A DNA stretch of 50,335 nucleotides from IMG/VR virus record IMGVR_UViG_3300046171_000048, positions 1-50,335 of that record. The stretch is one strand, 5' to 3'. Below the pieces are notes generated by a model that searched no databases, was not told where the DNA came from, and saw only the letters and a program-made list of their open reading frames with translations. Positions 38,371 to 47,489 of the stretch are shown in pieces (the stretch's first letter is position 1; every line of letters starts with the position of its first letter). The DNA comes from a virus (lineage: Duplodnaviria > Caudoviricetes). A program made the translations under genes and the position numbers.

Positions 38371-39263
38371 ACCATAACCTCCTTTGGATTATTTATTTCT
38401 GCATACCAAGCGAACTTAGGATTGGATGCCTTTGATTGTTGTTGAGGTAAGTATTGTATATCTTCACCCCAACACTTCTGTTTAAAAGGGCAATAAGAAC
38501 ATATTGTTCCTAATATTTTATTACCTGTAGGTTTTTTGTAAAACATTTCTTCTTCTAAATCAAAACATTTTTCAAAAGGTTTATCTTCCATTAATGCTTT
38601 AGTATTATCTAAAGCTTTCTTTACTGCTTCTTTTCTGTATTGAGAATCATCTTGTGGGGGTTCACTCAATAACAGTTCCCCTGTGGATTTATTAATAACA
38701 ATCCACCCACCAAAAGGTTTCTTTGTTGCTTCGGAATATAAATACCCCTGTGTTAAATACCCAAAGACATCATCCTTGGCAACCTTTTCAAACCCACCAC
38801 CACTCTCTCCAAACTTTTTATCAAAAGCAAAAGGTGATGCAGTTTTAATATCATAAACTTTATCATCTATTATTATATCATATGTTCCCTTCATGTCAAA
38901 CCATTTGGTTTTATACTTGACATTACCTTGAACACCTTGTATATTAGCTTTGGTAGTTCTTAAAAGCATAATCACAACTGCTTCTAATAAATCCCCAAAT
39001 AAAAATCTTAACTTGTTATTATAGTTTTCATAAGACTGTATAGCATTGCCACCGGAATATTTCTTTTCCATTTGTAATTGACATAAAGGTTTGCCAATGC
39101 TAGACATTCTAATTCTAAATTCTGATTCTCTCTCTTGAGTAAACTGTTTTTCTACGGCCTGTTTGCAGTCTTTTAAAAACTGCTTTAGTATCTCTTTAGG
39201 TATTGCCACAGGCTTGTGTTGGGCCTGTGACAATAATGCTTTTACTTCTTCTAAGAAAGTCAA
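38367..39263 (-). CDS. Cas4-like PD-(D/E)XK exonuclease
   Basis: RMS.IG.PLCQL, G.YD..ID..VYDIKTAS, Q..LY, C-terminal CSYCPFK..CW (four Cys). Confidence 0.8.
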   Translation of the reverse strand: MTFLEEVKALLSQAQHKPVAIPKEILKQFLKDCKQAVEKQFTQERESEFRIRMSSIGKPLCQLQMEKKYSGGNAIQSYENYNNKLRFLFGDLLEAVVIMLLRTTKANIQGVQGNVKYKTKWFDMKGTYDIIIDDKVYDIKTASPFAFDKKFGESGGGFEKVAKDDVFGYLTQGYLYSEATKKPFGGWIVINKSTGELLLSEPPQDDSQYRKEAVKKALDNTKALMEDKPFEKCFDLEEEMFYKKPTGNKILGTICSYCPFKQKCWGEDIQYLPQQQSKASNPKFAWYAEINNPKEVMV

Positions 39264-40081
39264 GCTGTTACTTCTTTTAGTATCTCGTCATCTAATACAT
39301 CTGATGCAGTAGTATGACCTTTCTTAGATTTACTATGCTCGTCTTTAACATAGTTATTTTCTGATTCTACATACTCTAAGAAACCTTTTAATGTTTCTTT
39401 ATCTGTATCAGAAAACTTAACATCCTTATTGCCGTCTTTAATCTTGGCAACAAAGTAAGTGACACTACCTTTAGTGTGTTTTTCTGTGCCGTCAAACTCA
39501 AGTAAAGTATTATACATAATCTTATTACGTTTGGATAAACTTTGCAACATGTTGCCGATTGGCATAAAGTTTACACCTCTTACTCTGTATACTACAGGTT
39601 CACTTGTTAAAATAATATCCTCACCTTTTGAGGATTTACCTTTTGCTGACACTACACCAAAGACATTTCTATAACAAGTAATCTTGTCCTGTTCTATCTT
39701 AGCAACAGGGTCTAGATTTTCTCGTTCTGCTTTGGGTACGCTTCCACATGATTCAGTTCCATTGGTATCTATCTTAGAATCCGACCAACTTCTAAACATA
39801 ACAGTCTTATAATTATTCTGTTCGTTTTCTTCATCATACTTCTTATACTGAAATGTATTTAAGAAAGGTCTAAAAGAAACTTTCTCTGCGTACATCGTGC
39901 CTTTACTTGTACCTTCTACTTTGTACAAGCCTCGTTTGATAGCATTGCCGTCACTATCTTCTGCTTCATAGTTAATAGACAACCTAGCTAAAGATGAGCC
40001 ACCCATGTCGACATCTTGGCCGACCATAGCCATTATCTTATCGTTAGATAAATTGTCTAGATTGCTTAGTTCATTTGACAT
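39260..40081 (-). CDS. single-stranded DNA-binding protein-like
   Basis: Position between PolA and exonuclease; LARL.IN, FRPF...FQY, D..G...CG; acidic C-terminus. Confidence 0.6.
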   Translation of the reverse strand: MSNELSNLDNLSNDKIMAMVGQDVDMGGSSLARLSINYEAEDSDGNAIKRGLYKVEGTSKGTMYAEKVSFRPFLNTFQYKKYDEENEQNNYKTVMFRSWSDSKIDTNGTESCGSVPKAERENLDPVAKIEQDKITCYRNVFGVVSAKGKSSKGEDIILTSEPVVYRVRGVNFMPIGNMLQSLSKRNKIMYNTLLEFDGTEKHTKGSVTYFVAKIKDGNKDVKFSDTDKETLKGFLEYVESENNYVKDEHSKSKKGHTTASDVLDDEILKEVTA

Positions 40082-40103
40082 ATTTGTCTCCTTATATTAT
40101 TAT

Positions 40104-40132
40104 ATTGTATCATACTTCTGTGGATAAGTCAA
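40104..40132 (-). promoter_or_regulatory. sigma70-type promoter for the SSB/nuclease block, containing a DnaA-box match
   Basis: TTGACT-N17-TACAAT with TG extension; TTATCCACA at 40119-40127. Confidence 0.6.
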
Positions 40133-42146
40133 GCCAATTTTCCCCACTCTTTATTTCAAAATCCAAAGGCACGTTAAGTTCACAATCAAATCTTTCTTTT
40201 AGTGATTCTTTTATGCTAGAAAAACCTTTGTTAAGGACGTCTATGGCTTGATTATATTCATCCGGATGCACGTCTAATATCACAGAATCATGTACAGTAT
40301 TGATTAATAATGTCTTCATATTGTTTTCTTTCAATAGATTCCATACATTAATACAGGCTATAGGAACTATATCTGCAGTAGGCAAAACCTTGGACAGGAT
40401 AGTTCTTAACTGCAGTAGATTGTGTGCTACTGCCGTCTTTTCTTCTATAGATATTAGGGAAGTAATATTCTCGACCACTCGGTAGTCTTACTATTTTAGA
40501 TTTGATTGCAGTATCTTCTAACTTCTTATGCCACTCTGCAATGTCTTCATACTTCTCTAAAAACTTTTGATAGTATTCTTTTTCTTTTTTCTTACCCATC
40601 ATCCCACCATACAAAGGTTTAAATGTGTGGGCCTTTGCGTCTTGTCTTGAACACCCAATAACATCTGCAGTGTATTGGTGAACATCAACTCCGTCTGCTA
40701 TATCAATCATACCTTGTTTATCTTGTGCTAAGAATACAGCAGTTCTAAATTCTAATTGTGCAAAGTCTACTTCAATAATTTTACCATTGTAGAATCTAGA
40801 TGTAATAGCTTTCTTGATAGGAAACTTATCACCTCTTGGCATATTTTGGAAGTTAGGTTTAGAACTAGATAGTCTTCCTGTAGTAGTTATATGCTGATTA
40901 AATGAGGGATGAAGTATATTATCTTCTCTTGTATTGTCTTTAATACCTGTTATAAATGTATTAAGATAGGTTTCTACTGCACTATATCTCATAATACTAT
41001 CCACAAATTCTTTTAATGTACCCTTCTGCAAACACAGATATTTTATTTAATGTATCTTTATCTGTCTTAAATCCACCTTGAGAAGCGTCATGTATTGTTC
41101 TAGGTGACCAACCAAACCCTGCCTTGGCCTCTGTCTCTAAGAATATCATACCCTCACCTTTACAGTCCGGACATTTTGACATATTCTTAAAAGGTGTTCC
41201 GTCTACCTTAGTGTGTCTAATTAAACCTAAACCTTTACAAGTTTTACATTGACTAGCCACAGTTTTATATATAGTATCAGTATACTTAGATACATTATGT
41301 TGAAACTCTCTATCTGTCATACGTGGCCTACGTTTAGGTCTTTTAGTTCTTTTATCTATACCTATGTTAAATAATTCTGCCCATTGTTTTTTATCTTGTA
41401 CCTTTCTAGAATAAATAACCTTAGATAAATCCTCTGTAGATGATAGATTTATCTTTGGTATCACCCATCATTTGTGCTACAATCTTATCTATTTTGTTTT
41501 TTAGTTTATAGTATTCTTGATTTAATTCTTTCTCAACTAAATCTAGTTTATCAGAATCTACATGATTACCATTCATTTCCATATCTATTAGGACCTGTAG
41601 AAAATTATTCATCAAGTCTCTAGTAGGAATTAGATTAGTATTAGCATGGTTATCAAAGGCTTGTGTTTGTACTTCATATAATTCTTTTGTTATCTTAACA
41701 TCTTGCTTACCATACTCTTCTAATTTTGACATGGGTATTTGATGTATACCATAACCTTCATTCATGTAGGTGGCTAGTATATCTGATTTTAAACTAATAC
41801 CTCTACGTCTACAGGATTCTTTTAGTGATACAGATTTCTTTTCACCTCTGTTTATAATATACTCACCTAGCATAGTATCATAAAGCTTACCCTTATATGT
41901 AAATCCACATTGATAGAGCCATGACATATCAAACTTAAGATTATGTCCTACCACTACATCTGATTTATCTAGTATATTTTGTATAGCCTTTTTACTTTCT
42001 GTCAAGTCTTTTTTAATTTCTTCATCGTGATAAAAGAAATAGTATTCATCATTAATACCTACACTCACTAATCTATTATCCGGATTAAATGGTGAAGGGT
42101 CACCCTCTTTTGTAAATGTTGTTTCTATATCTAATACTGTTATCAA
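40110..42146 (-). CDS. polA: family A DNA polymerase with DnaJ-type zinc-finger insert (indels near 41450, 41030, 40380)
   Basis: ExoI DIETT, ExoII GHNLKFD, ExoIII YGKQDV; CKTCKGLG and CPDCKGEG; TTTGRLSS..PNFQN, motif A DFAQLEFR, motif B AKAHTFKPLYG, motif C TVHDSV. Confidence 0.92.
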
Positions 42147-42158
42147 TTGTAGTCCTTT

Positions 42159-42779
42159 CTATAAATACTTGTCAATAATATTATTACTTTTTTGAAGATT
42201 TTCTGTAGCCGTTAAATATTGTAAATTATTTTCAACATGTAATCCACAAACATATTCACTTCTTAGAGGGATAATATGGTCTACATGATATCCTTTAGGA
42301 CAATTTTTATATATTTCTTTTATTTTTTCTAAGTTTGCCCACAAAGGAGTAGCCCTAATTTTATCTGCTTGTCTTTTAGAATTATAAGCATTAATTAATC
42401 CTTTATTATTTTTTGCATAATGGCTACGATAAGCTTTTAGTTCTTCTTTGTTGGCTTCATAATAAGCTTTCTTAGAAGCTTTTAGTTTTTCTTTGTTGGC
42501 TTCACGATAAGCTTTCTTAGAAGCTTTTAGTTCTTCTTTGTTGGCTTCATAATAAGCTTTATGAGAAGCTTTTAGTTTTTCTTTGTTAGCTTCATAATAA
42601 GCTTTCTTAGTTGCTTTATTTTTTTCTTTGTTGGCTTCACGATAAGATTTATTAGAAGCTTTTACTTTTTCTTTGTTGGCTTCCCTCCAAGCTTTCTTAG
42701 AAGCTTTTACTTTTTCTTTGTTGGCTTCCCTCCAAGATTTATGATAAGCTTTCCTTTTTTCTTTATCCTTATAGGGCAT
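42159..42779 (-). CDS. HNH endonuclease with N-terminal helical tandem repeats
   Basis: YHVDHIIPL....VCGLHV..NLQ.L...EN..KSN; seven 15-aa repeats. Confidence 0.85.
   Translation of the reverse strand: MPYKDKEKRKAYHKSWREANKEKVKASKKAWREANKEKVKASNKSYREANKEKNKATKKAYYEANKEKLKASHKAYYEANKEELKASKKAYREANKEKLKASKKAYYEANKEELKAYRSHYAKNNKGLINAYNSKRQADKIRATPLWANLEKIKEIYKNCPKGYHVDHIIPLRSEYVCGLHVENNLQYLTATENLQKSNNIIDKYL
42431..42750 (-). repeat. 45-nt coding tandem repeat, 7 copies
   Basis: tt(g/a)gcttc at 42451, 42496, 42541, 42586, 42631, 42676, 42721; encodes KKAYYEANKEKLKAS-like units. Confidence 0.95.
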
Positions 42780-44030
42780 CTAGTTCCTTTCTGCATAACG
42801 TGATATTGTGGGTCTAAGTATTACCTCAAACTCTGCATGGTCACCTGTTAGTTTATTCTTAGATAGTGTCACGAATCTAACACAATCCTCTAAATAATTT
42901 TCTACTTCGTCTTCTTTACCAATACCTAAAATGATATCAGCTTCCGCAGCTTTACCTGTCTTAGAATTTTCCATTGTGCTAAACGTCACCCTAGACCTAC
43001 CCTGTGCTTCTGCTGAAGCTTGAGACATTCCAATCACTAGTATGTCATGCCGTTTGGCCAACTCTCTTGATTGAGTATAAACTTCTCTTAACTTTTCATG
43101 GGTAGCATTATATTTACCTGTCACATTTATCTTATCTAATTGGTCTATGATTAATATATCTACATCATTAGTGGAACAATACTCATCTAAATCATCCATA
43201 GTTTTTCCCACACAATCAAAGTTATCTATGTAAGGACTAATTGTGGACCACTTTTGTTTAGCTAAATCTCTACTACCATTAAGAATATTACCCCTTTGTA
43301 ATCCTGTGGAAGCATTAAGTAATCTCATCTGTGTTCTGATTGCCGGTTCTTCATTAGCAAAGATAGAAACTTTCTTTTCTTGCCATGCGAATCCATTAGG
43401 TGAGGCCACAAGGCTAACCCAAAATGCAGTCTTACCTACATCCGGTCTAGCAAATACAATCATAAAGTTTCCTCGACCAATACCATTGGTTGCTCTTTGT
43501 AGAGAATTTAAATTAAATTTAAACTCCCCTTGTTCTTGTAATGCCTCTACAATTTTATCCACATCTTTGGTGACTGCTTCACTTTCTTGTTGTGTTTGTT
43601 CTTCATCTACATTAGCCATAAACTTTTCTACTTGTTTAAGACTAGTGCTACTAGGATTGTTAGATATATCTAAACATATTCTTGCTAACTCATCTGCTTT
43701 TTTGATTCGATACATAGACTTCAAAGCGGTAGCAACAACATCATCGCTAGGTTCTTCTTGTCTTTCTAGGCTATCTATTAGTTCATGTATATTCTTTTGA
43801 GAGGCATAGCTAGTATTAGGATAGTAAGTATTAAAGTAGGCTAACTTTAAATCACTAAAGTTTATTTGTGTAATGTTAGGATTATCTTTATAGATATTGC
43901 TTATTGTTTTATATATTTCTCTAGCCCCATTTTGAAATATAGATATATCTATTTCTGATTTTAGTTTATCATATTTATCTTTTGTTAATAGTGTTCTAAG
44001 TATATATAATCTTAGGTTGCCTGTTTCCAT
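42780..44030 (-). CDS. replicative SF4 (DnaB-like) helicase
   Basis: Walker A ARPDVGKT, NEE, Walker B LIIDQLD, SQA, SKTGKAAEAD.I.GIG, KNKL.G. Confidence 0.9.
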   Translation of the reverse strand: METGNLRLYILRTLLTKDKYDKLKSEIDISIFQNGAREIYKTISNIYKDNPNITQINFSDLKLAYFNTYYPNTSYASQKNIHELIDSLERQEEPSDDVVATALKSMYRIKKADELARICLDISNNPSSTSLKQVEKFMANVDEEQTQQESEAVTKDVDKIVEALQEQGEFKFNLNSLQRATNGIGRGNFMIVFARPDVGKTAFWVSLVASPNGFAWQEKKVSIFANEEPAIRTQMRLLNASTGLQRGNILNGSRDLAKQKWSTISPYIDNFDCVGKTMDDLDEYCSTNDVDILIIDQLDKINVTGKYNATHEKLREVYTQSRELAKRHDILVIGMSQASAEAQGRSRVTFSTMENSKTGKAAEADIILGIGKEDEVENYLEDCVRFVTLSKNKLTGDHAEFEVILRPTISRYAERN

Positions 44031-44264
44031 TCATTGACTTTCTGTGTTTATTTCCACCTGTAGTTCCAAAAGTTTTAGTTCCATTCTTCTTTTAGCATCT
44101 TCTAATGGTGTCAACTCTTGCTCATCTTCTAAATCTTCTACTATTATCTTCTCGTTATTTAAAGTCACAGGGTTATCTACAATACCTTTTTCTATTTCTT
44201 TATCTTGTGTCAACTTAAATGAACAACTTGATAATAATAATAGTATAATAATTTTATTCAACAT
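44031..44264 (-). CDS. putative small lipoprotein
   Basis: MLNKIIILLLLSSC lipobox. Confidence 0.6.
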   Translation of the reverse strand: MLNKIIILLLLSSCSFKLTQDKEIEKGIVDNPVTLNNEKIIVEDLEDEQELTPLEDAKRRMELKLLELQVEINTESQ

Positions 44265-44445
44265 AATCTTCTTCTTCTATTCTAACATACATTCTCTCAA
44301 TGTCAAGTGAAATCCCAAATTCTTTTTGAAAAGATTCTGAAACTTTCTTTCTACATGTCTCATCTATATCAGATACATTTCCGGCTACCTCTACTTCATA
44401 AGGTATCTCTACAGTCACAGTCATTAAGTGTTTTTTACCAAACAT
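44254..44445 (-). CDS. hypothetical protein
   Basis: 63 aa, SD-like AAAGGGA. Confidence 0.6.
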   Translation of the reverse strand: MFGKKHLMTVTVEIPYEVEVAGNVSDIDETCRKKVSESFQKEFGISLDIERMYVRIEEEDYVE

Positions 44446-44456
44446 ATTATCCCTTT

Positions 44457-44957
44457 CTACTCGTATTTATTTGTCTTAAAGTATTCTTCATACTGCTTCT
44501 TAGTGTAGTCTACATGCTGTTTTTCTAATTTGACAGCATAATTTTTTGCTAATGCATAACTATCAAACACTGTTTTCCTTTCTTTGAAGTATAAAACAGC
44601 ACCTGTGATAGAACGTATGCTTCTAGGTATTTTCATTTTATACTTTAGTCTATTGCTAGTTCTTGGTATAAAAGATTCTATCTTTATAAAATCATGTTTG
44701 TATATTGGCATAACATAATCTTTAGAATCAATAGTTTCTGTTATAGTATTCAGCTTATTTATTAATCTAACCCCGTCTCTTAAACCTAATATACTATTCT
44801 TAGAAGCTTTAGGACTTTCTTTGTCAGAATAATTATTTCTATTCTTGGCCCAAAAAGCTTTAGATGTTTCACTAACTTTAAATCTACCCTTAATACTTTT
44901 TCTAGTATTACCTTTTCTTTGATATTCAAAATTATATATGAGTGGTTGTACCCTCAT
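44457..44957 (-). CDS. hypothetical basic protein
   Basis: 166-aa ORF. Confidence 0.65.
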   Translation of the reverse strand: MRVQPLIYNFEYQRKGNTRKSIKGRFKVSETSKAFWAKNRNNYSDKESPKASKNSILGLRDGVRLINKLNTITETIDSKDYVMPIYKHDFIKIESFIPRTSNRLKYKMKIPRSIRSITGAVLYFKERKTVFDSYALAKNYAVKLEKQHVDYTKKQYEEYFKTNKYE

Positions 44958-45831
44958 TATAAATATGGATTAGGTAGGTTTGCTACTAAATAAATTAGAA
45001 ATGCAAACACAATAGTTATTGATATCATTAATGCTATAAAGTCTCGCATAATTTATTACCCCATTCTTTTAGTTCATCTACACTTAACCATTTTAAATCT
45101 TTGTCTATCATTTTAATTTGTGTAGGAATGATATGTGATAGACAATCTCTTAACTTAAAACTTTTATCTGTGGCATCCCTGTCTAAACAGATGATACGCA
45201 CTATCTATTCTATCAACTATCGGTGACACAAAGTTATTGGGTATACTTGTACCCATAAGGGCTACCCCTGTAAATCCGGCAAGTGCCACCTTACATGCTG
45301 ATATAGAATCTTCTACTATGAAACCTACGTATTTATTTGTACCTACAATAAATGGGACAGGGGGAGTACCATACTTATACCATTTAGGCTTGAGGGCCAG
45401 TGGTTGTTTGATAAGGCTCTACCTACTGCACCCACCACCTGTCCGTCTTCCTCTATCAAGAATACTAATCTATCTTGTTTTACATCATACATTAATCTTG
45501 CTTCCGTATCTTGTATACCAAAACTCTCTATATAATCTCTTGCTTTATTATTACCAAACACAGTCACAAAATGTTTCGGTATGACAAACTCTTTAGAAGG
45601 TTCATCGTATGAAGGGCTTAAAAATTTATCCAAATCTTCTGCTCGAAGTTCAGAATCTGTCATACCTTTTGCCGTACAATTAGCATGAAAACAATTCCAT
45701 ACCAATCTTCCATTCTCATGTCTTACAGATAAAGTATTTCTATTCAAACAAAACACACAGTCCCCTCGATAGGATTGACCACTTCCTATGTTGAGGTCTT
45801 TGATTTTGTCTAATTGATATCTATAATCCAT
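44957..45831 (-). CDS. DNA primase (Zn-binding plus TOPRIM; frameshifted; 3' end runs into a hydrophobic 30-aa segment)
   Basis: CVFC...TLS....WNCFHANC; GAVGRAL; reframed KWYKYG, IVEDSISAC, GVALMGT, ICLDRDA, DKDLK. Confidence 0.8.
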
Positions 45832-45838
45832 ACTTAAC

Positions 45839-45866
45839 AGTATACACTAATTAATTCTATTGTCAA
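45839..45866 (-). promoter_or_regulatory. promoter for primase/replication operon (probably leaderless)
   Basis: TTGACA-N16-TATACT ending 7 nt upstream of the primase ATG; no SD. Confidence 0.65.
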
Positions 45867-45880
45867 GAAAAAAATTTATA

Positions 45881-45909
45881 TTGACAAATTGAAAAAAATA
45901 TGTTAACAT
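45881..45909 (+). promoter_or_regulatory. divergent rightward promoter (antisense to early genes)
   Basis: TTGACA-N17-TAACAT with TG extension. Confidence 0.45.
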
Positions 45910-45946
45910 ATAATTGTCTACGGGGGTTATATATACCTGTAGAAAT

Positions 45947-46159
45947 CTACTCATCATCTAATTTCTTAGTAGGTTCTGCACTAAGAATCATTCTATCAAA
46001 GTCTGTATCATACAAATCAGAAGTCAAACCTTCTAATAAATAGTTTTCTTGTGCTTCTAGTTCTGTATTGGCTCTGACATAATACTTTCTTGTTCTTGTT
46101 TCTTTGACTATTACAGTCCACATCTTAGGCATATCTATAATTTTTGTCATTCTTTTCAT
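45947..46159 (-). CDS. hypothetical early protein
   Basis: 70 aa; V.ET....Y.V.A....EA pattern. Confidence 0.6.
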   Translation of the reverse strand: MKRMTKIIDMPKMWTVIVKETRTRKYYVRANTELEAQENYLLEGLTSDLYDTDFDRMILSAEPTKKLDDE

Positions 46160-46382
46160 ACTCCCTTATTGCTTCATCAATATCCCCATAGAAGAAATCC
46201 TCATACATAACATTTATTTCATCATCTGTTATTTGTGGGTATATCTTATCCATTTCTTCCTCGTCTTCTATCCACTCACCATGGCCCTCACAGGTCTCAC
46301 ATTCATCTATCTCATCATTCTTATTACCCCAAGGTATATAACCTTTACCTTGACATTCGGGACAGTTAATCGTTTTTTTCAT
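46125..46382 (-). CDS. small protein with DnaJ-type zinc finger and acidic tail
   Basis: CPECQGKG and CETCEGHG; likely start MKKTIN at 46382. Confidence 0.7.
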   Translation of the reverse strand: MKKTINCPECQGKGYIPWGNKNDEIDECETCEGHGEWIEDEEEMDKIYPQITDDEINVMYEDFFYGDIDEAIREYEKNDKNYRYA

Positions 46383-46533
46383 CTTCTTCTTCCTTTCTTT
46401 CATGATAACATTCTACCATACTTTCACACTTAGGGCAAGTTAATATTGTTAATAATTTAAAGTATTCGTTTTCATCTTCTAAATCAAAATCATTATTCCA
46501 TATTAACTCAGTTCCACAACTCCAACAATTCAT
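46366..46533 (-). CDS. 55-aa zinc-ribbon protein
   Basis: MNCWSCGTELIW.NDFD...LTCPKC; TAATG overlap; not in ORF track. Confidence 0.7.
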   Translation of the reverse strand: MNCWSCGTELIWNNDFDLEDENEYFKLLTILTCPKCESMVECYHERKEEEDEKND

Positions 46534-46754
46534 TAATACCAATTCTCTCTAACAACTCTGTGTATATCTTTAATAAGCATTTTACCCATGTCTGTGTTAG
46601 TAGTGTCCGGTGTAAGATTATACCTTTGTATAAACTCATCTCTTTCTCGTTGAGGTAGATAAGACATAAAGGTATGATATAATTCCTCTGCTATTTCTTT
46701 TGTTTCTTGTCTTTCTTGATTTAATTGTTTTAAGCTTTTGTTTGTCCAACTCAT
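46533..46754 (-). CDS. hypothetical early protein
   Basis: 73 aa. Confidence 0.6.
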   Translation of the reverse strand: MSWTNKSLKQLNQERQETKEIAEELYHTFMSYLPQRERDEFIQRYNLTPDTTNTDMGKMLIKDIHRVVRENWY

Positions 46755-46864
46755 CTTCTTCTTCCTTTCATTCTTTTTTTGATTCTCTTCTTCTTAGCTA
46801 ATCTTTTTGATTTAGCTATGCCTGTTATAGCTTTACTTATAATACCATACATTTTTTGCGCCAT
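46751..46864 (-). CDS. 37-aa very basic peptide
   Basis: MAQKMYGIISKAITGIAKSKRLAKKKRIKKRMKGRRR; SD AGAAAGGA; ATGA overlap. Confidence 0.6.
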   Translation of the reverse strand: MAQKMYGIISKAITGIAKSKRLAKKKRIKKRMKGRRR

Positions 46865-46886
46865 AATATTTCCTTTCTATACTTAT

Positions 46887-46915
46887 ATTATCTCAAATTA
46901 GTATGCCTCTGTCAA
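46887..46915 (-). promoter_or_regulatory. sigma70-type early promoter
   Basis: TTGACA-N17-GATAAT. Confidence 0.6.
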
Positions 46916-46982
46916 CAACTATTTTAAACTAATTGGTAATAAATTATTACTTAAATGCATATCTGTTGTCGAATCTTAGCAC

Positions 46983-47020
46983 TTGTAAAAACCCTGTAGG
47001 CTGGTATAATAGAAGGTATA
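46983..47020 (+). promoter_or_regulatory. promoter sharing a 27-nt motif with the promoter at 434
   Basis: TTGTAA-aaaccctgtaggctgg(16)-TATAAT-agaaggtata. Confidence 0.8.
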
Positions 47021-47033
47021 TGGAGGTGAAATT

Positions 47034-47207
47034 ATGAATGTTTTTGGTATTACTCAAAAATCTATCAGTTTTTTTGTCAATATGTTTGATAAGCTTGGTA
47101 TTGATGAAGACAATATCTCACGATATGTCGAAGTCGAATACAGTCCAAATGATTGGCAGTGGGCAAAAGAACAACTTAAAGCTGAAAAACTTAAAAAGGT
47201 TGCATAA
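47034..47207 (+). CDS. 57-aa counter-oriented (moron-like) protein
   Basis: SD GGAGGTG; MNVFGITQKSISFFVNMFDKLGIDEDNISRYVEVEYSPNDWQWAKEQLKAEKLKKVA; own promoter and downstream hairpin. Confidence 0.75.
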   Translation: MNVFGITQKSISFFVNMFDKLGIDEDNISRYVEVEYSPNDWQWAKEQLKAEKLKKVA

Positions 47208-47239
47208 TGTGTAATTATTTTGGCTTTTAAGCGTCATAC

Positions 47240-47260
47240 AGGGGGTAGTTATTACCCCTC
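47240..47260. terminator. hairpin between convergent genes
   Basis: GGGGTA-gttat-TACCCC; weak U-tract. Confidence 0.5.
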
Positions 47261-47273
47261 ATGTATGTTCTAT

Positions 47274-47489
47274 CTAGTGTAAAGTCCGGTTAATCATTTC
47301 TTCCGGCTCAAATTCAATCTCTAATTCGTCTTGTTCAATAGCAAACATTTCCATAGCTTTCTCTTTACCATGTTTTTCTATCATCTTCTTGGCCCTGTCG
47401 GTTATCTCCCAACCACCCCAATCAGTTTTCTTGGCCCAACCTTTCTTCTCTAAGTCCATTAATAACTTAATTAATTCTTCATCATCCAT
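47274..47489 (-). CDS. small winged-helix-like protein
   Basis: L.DLEKKGW......W.IT.R pattern. Confidence 0.6.
   Translation of the reverse strand: MDDEELIKLLMDLEKKGWAKKTDWGGWEITDRAKKMIEKHGKEKAMEMFAIEQDELEIEFEPEEMINRTLH

Noticed and set aside
38367-39263. CRISPR-Cas system based on the Cas4-like gene
   Set aside because: Solo Cas4-like nucleases are common in phage replication modules; no other cas genes or array seen.
40110-42146. Split polymerase, intron or intein
   Set aside because: Fragments are directly collinear with 1-nt shifts and no intervening sequence or intein motifs.
42431-42750. CRISPR array
   Set aside because: Contiguous in-frame 45-nt coding repeats with no unique spacers.
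46410-46440. Possible promoter TTGCCC-N17-TAGAAT on the minus strand
   Set aside because: Lies inside the zinc-ribbon ORF and has a weak -35; cannot be separated from chance.
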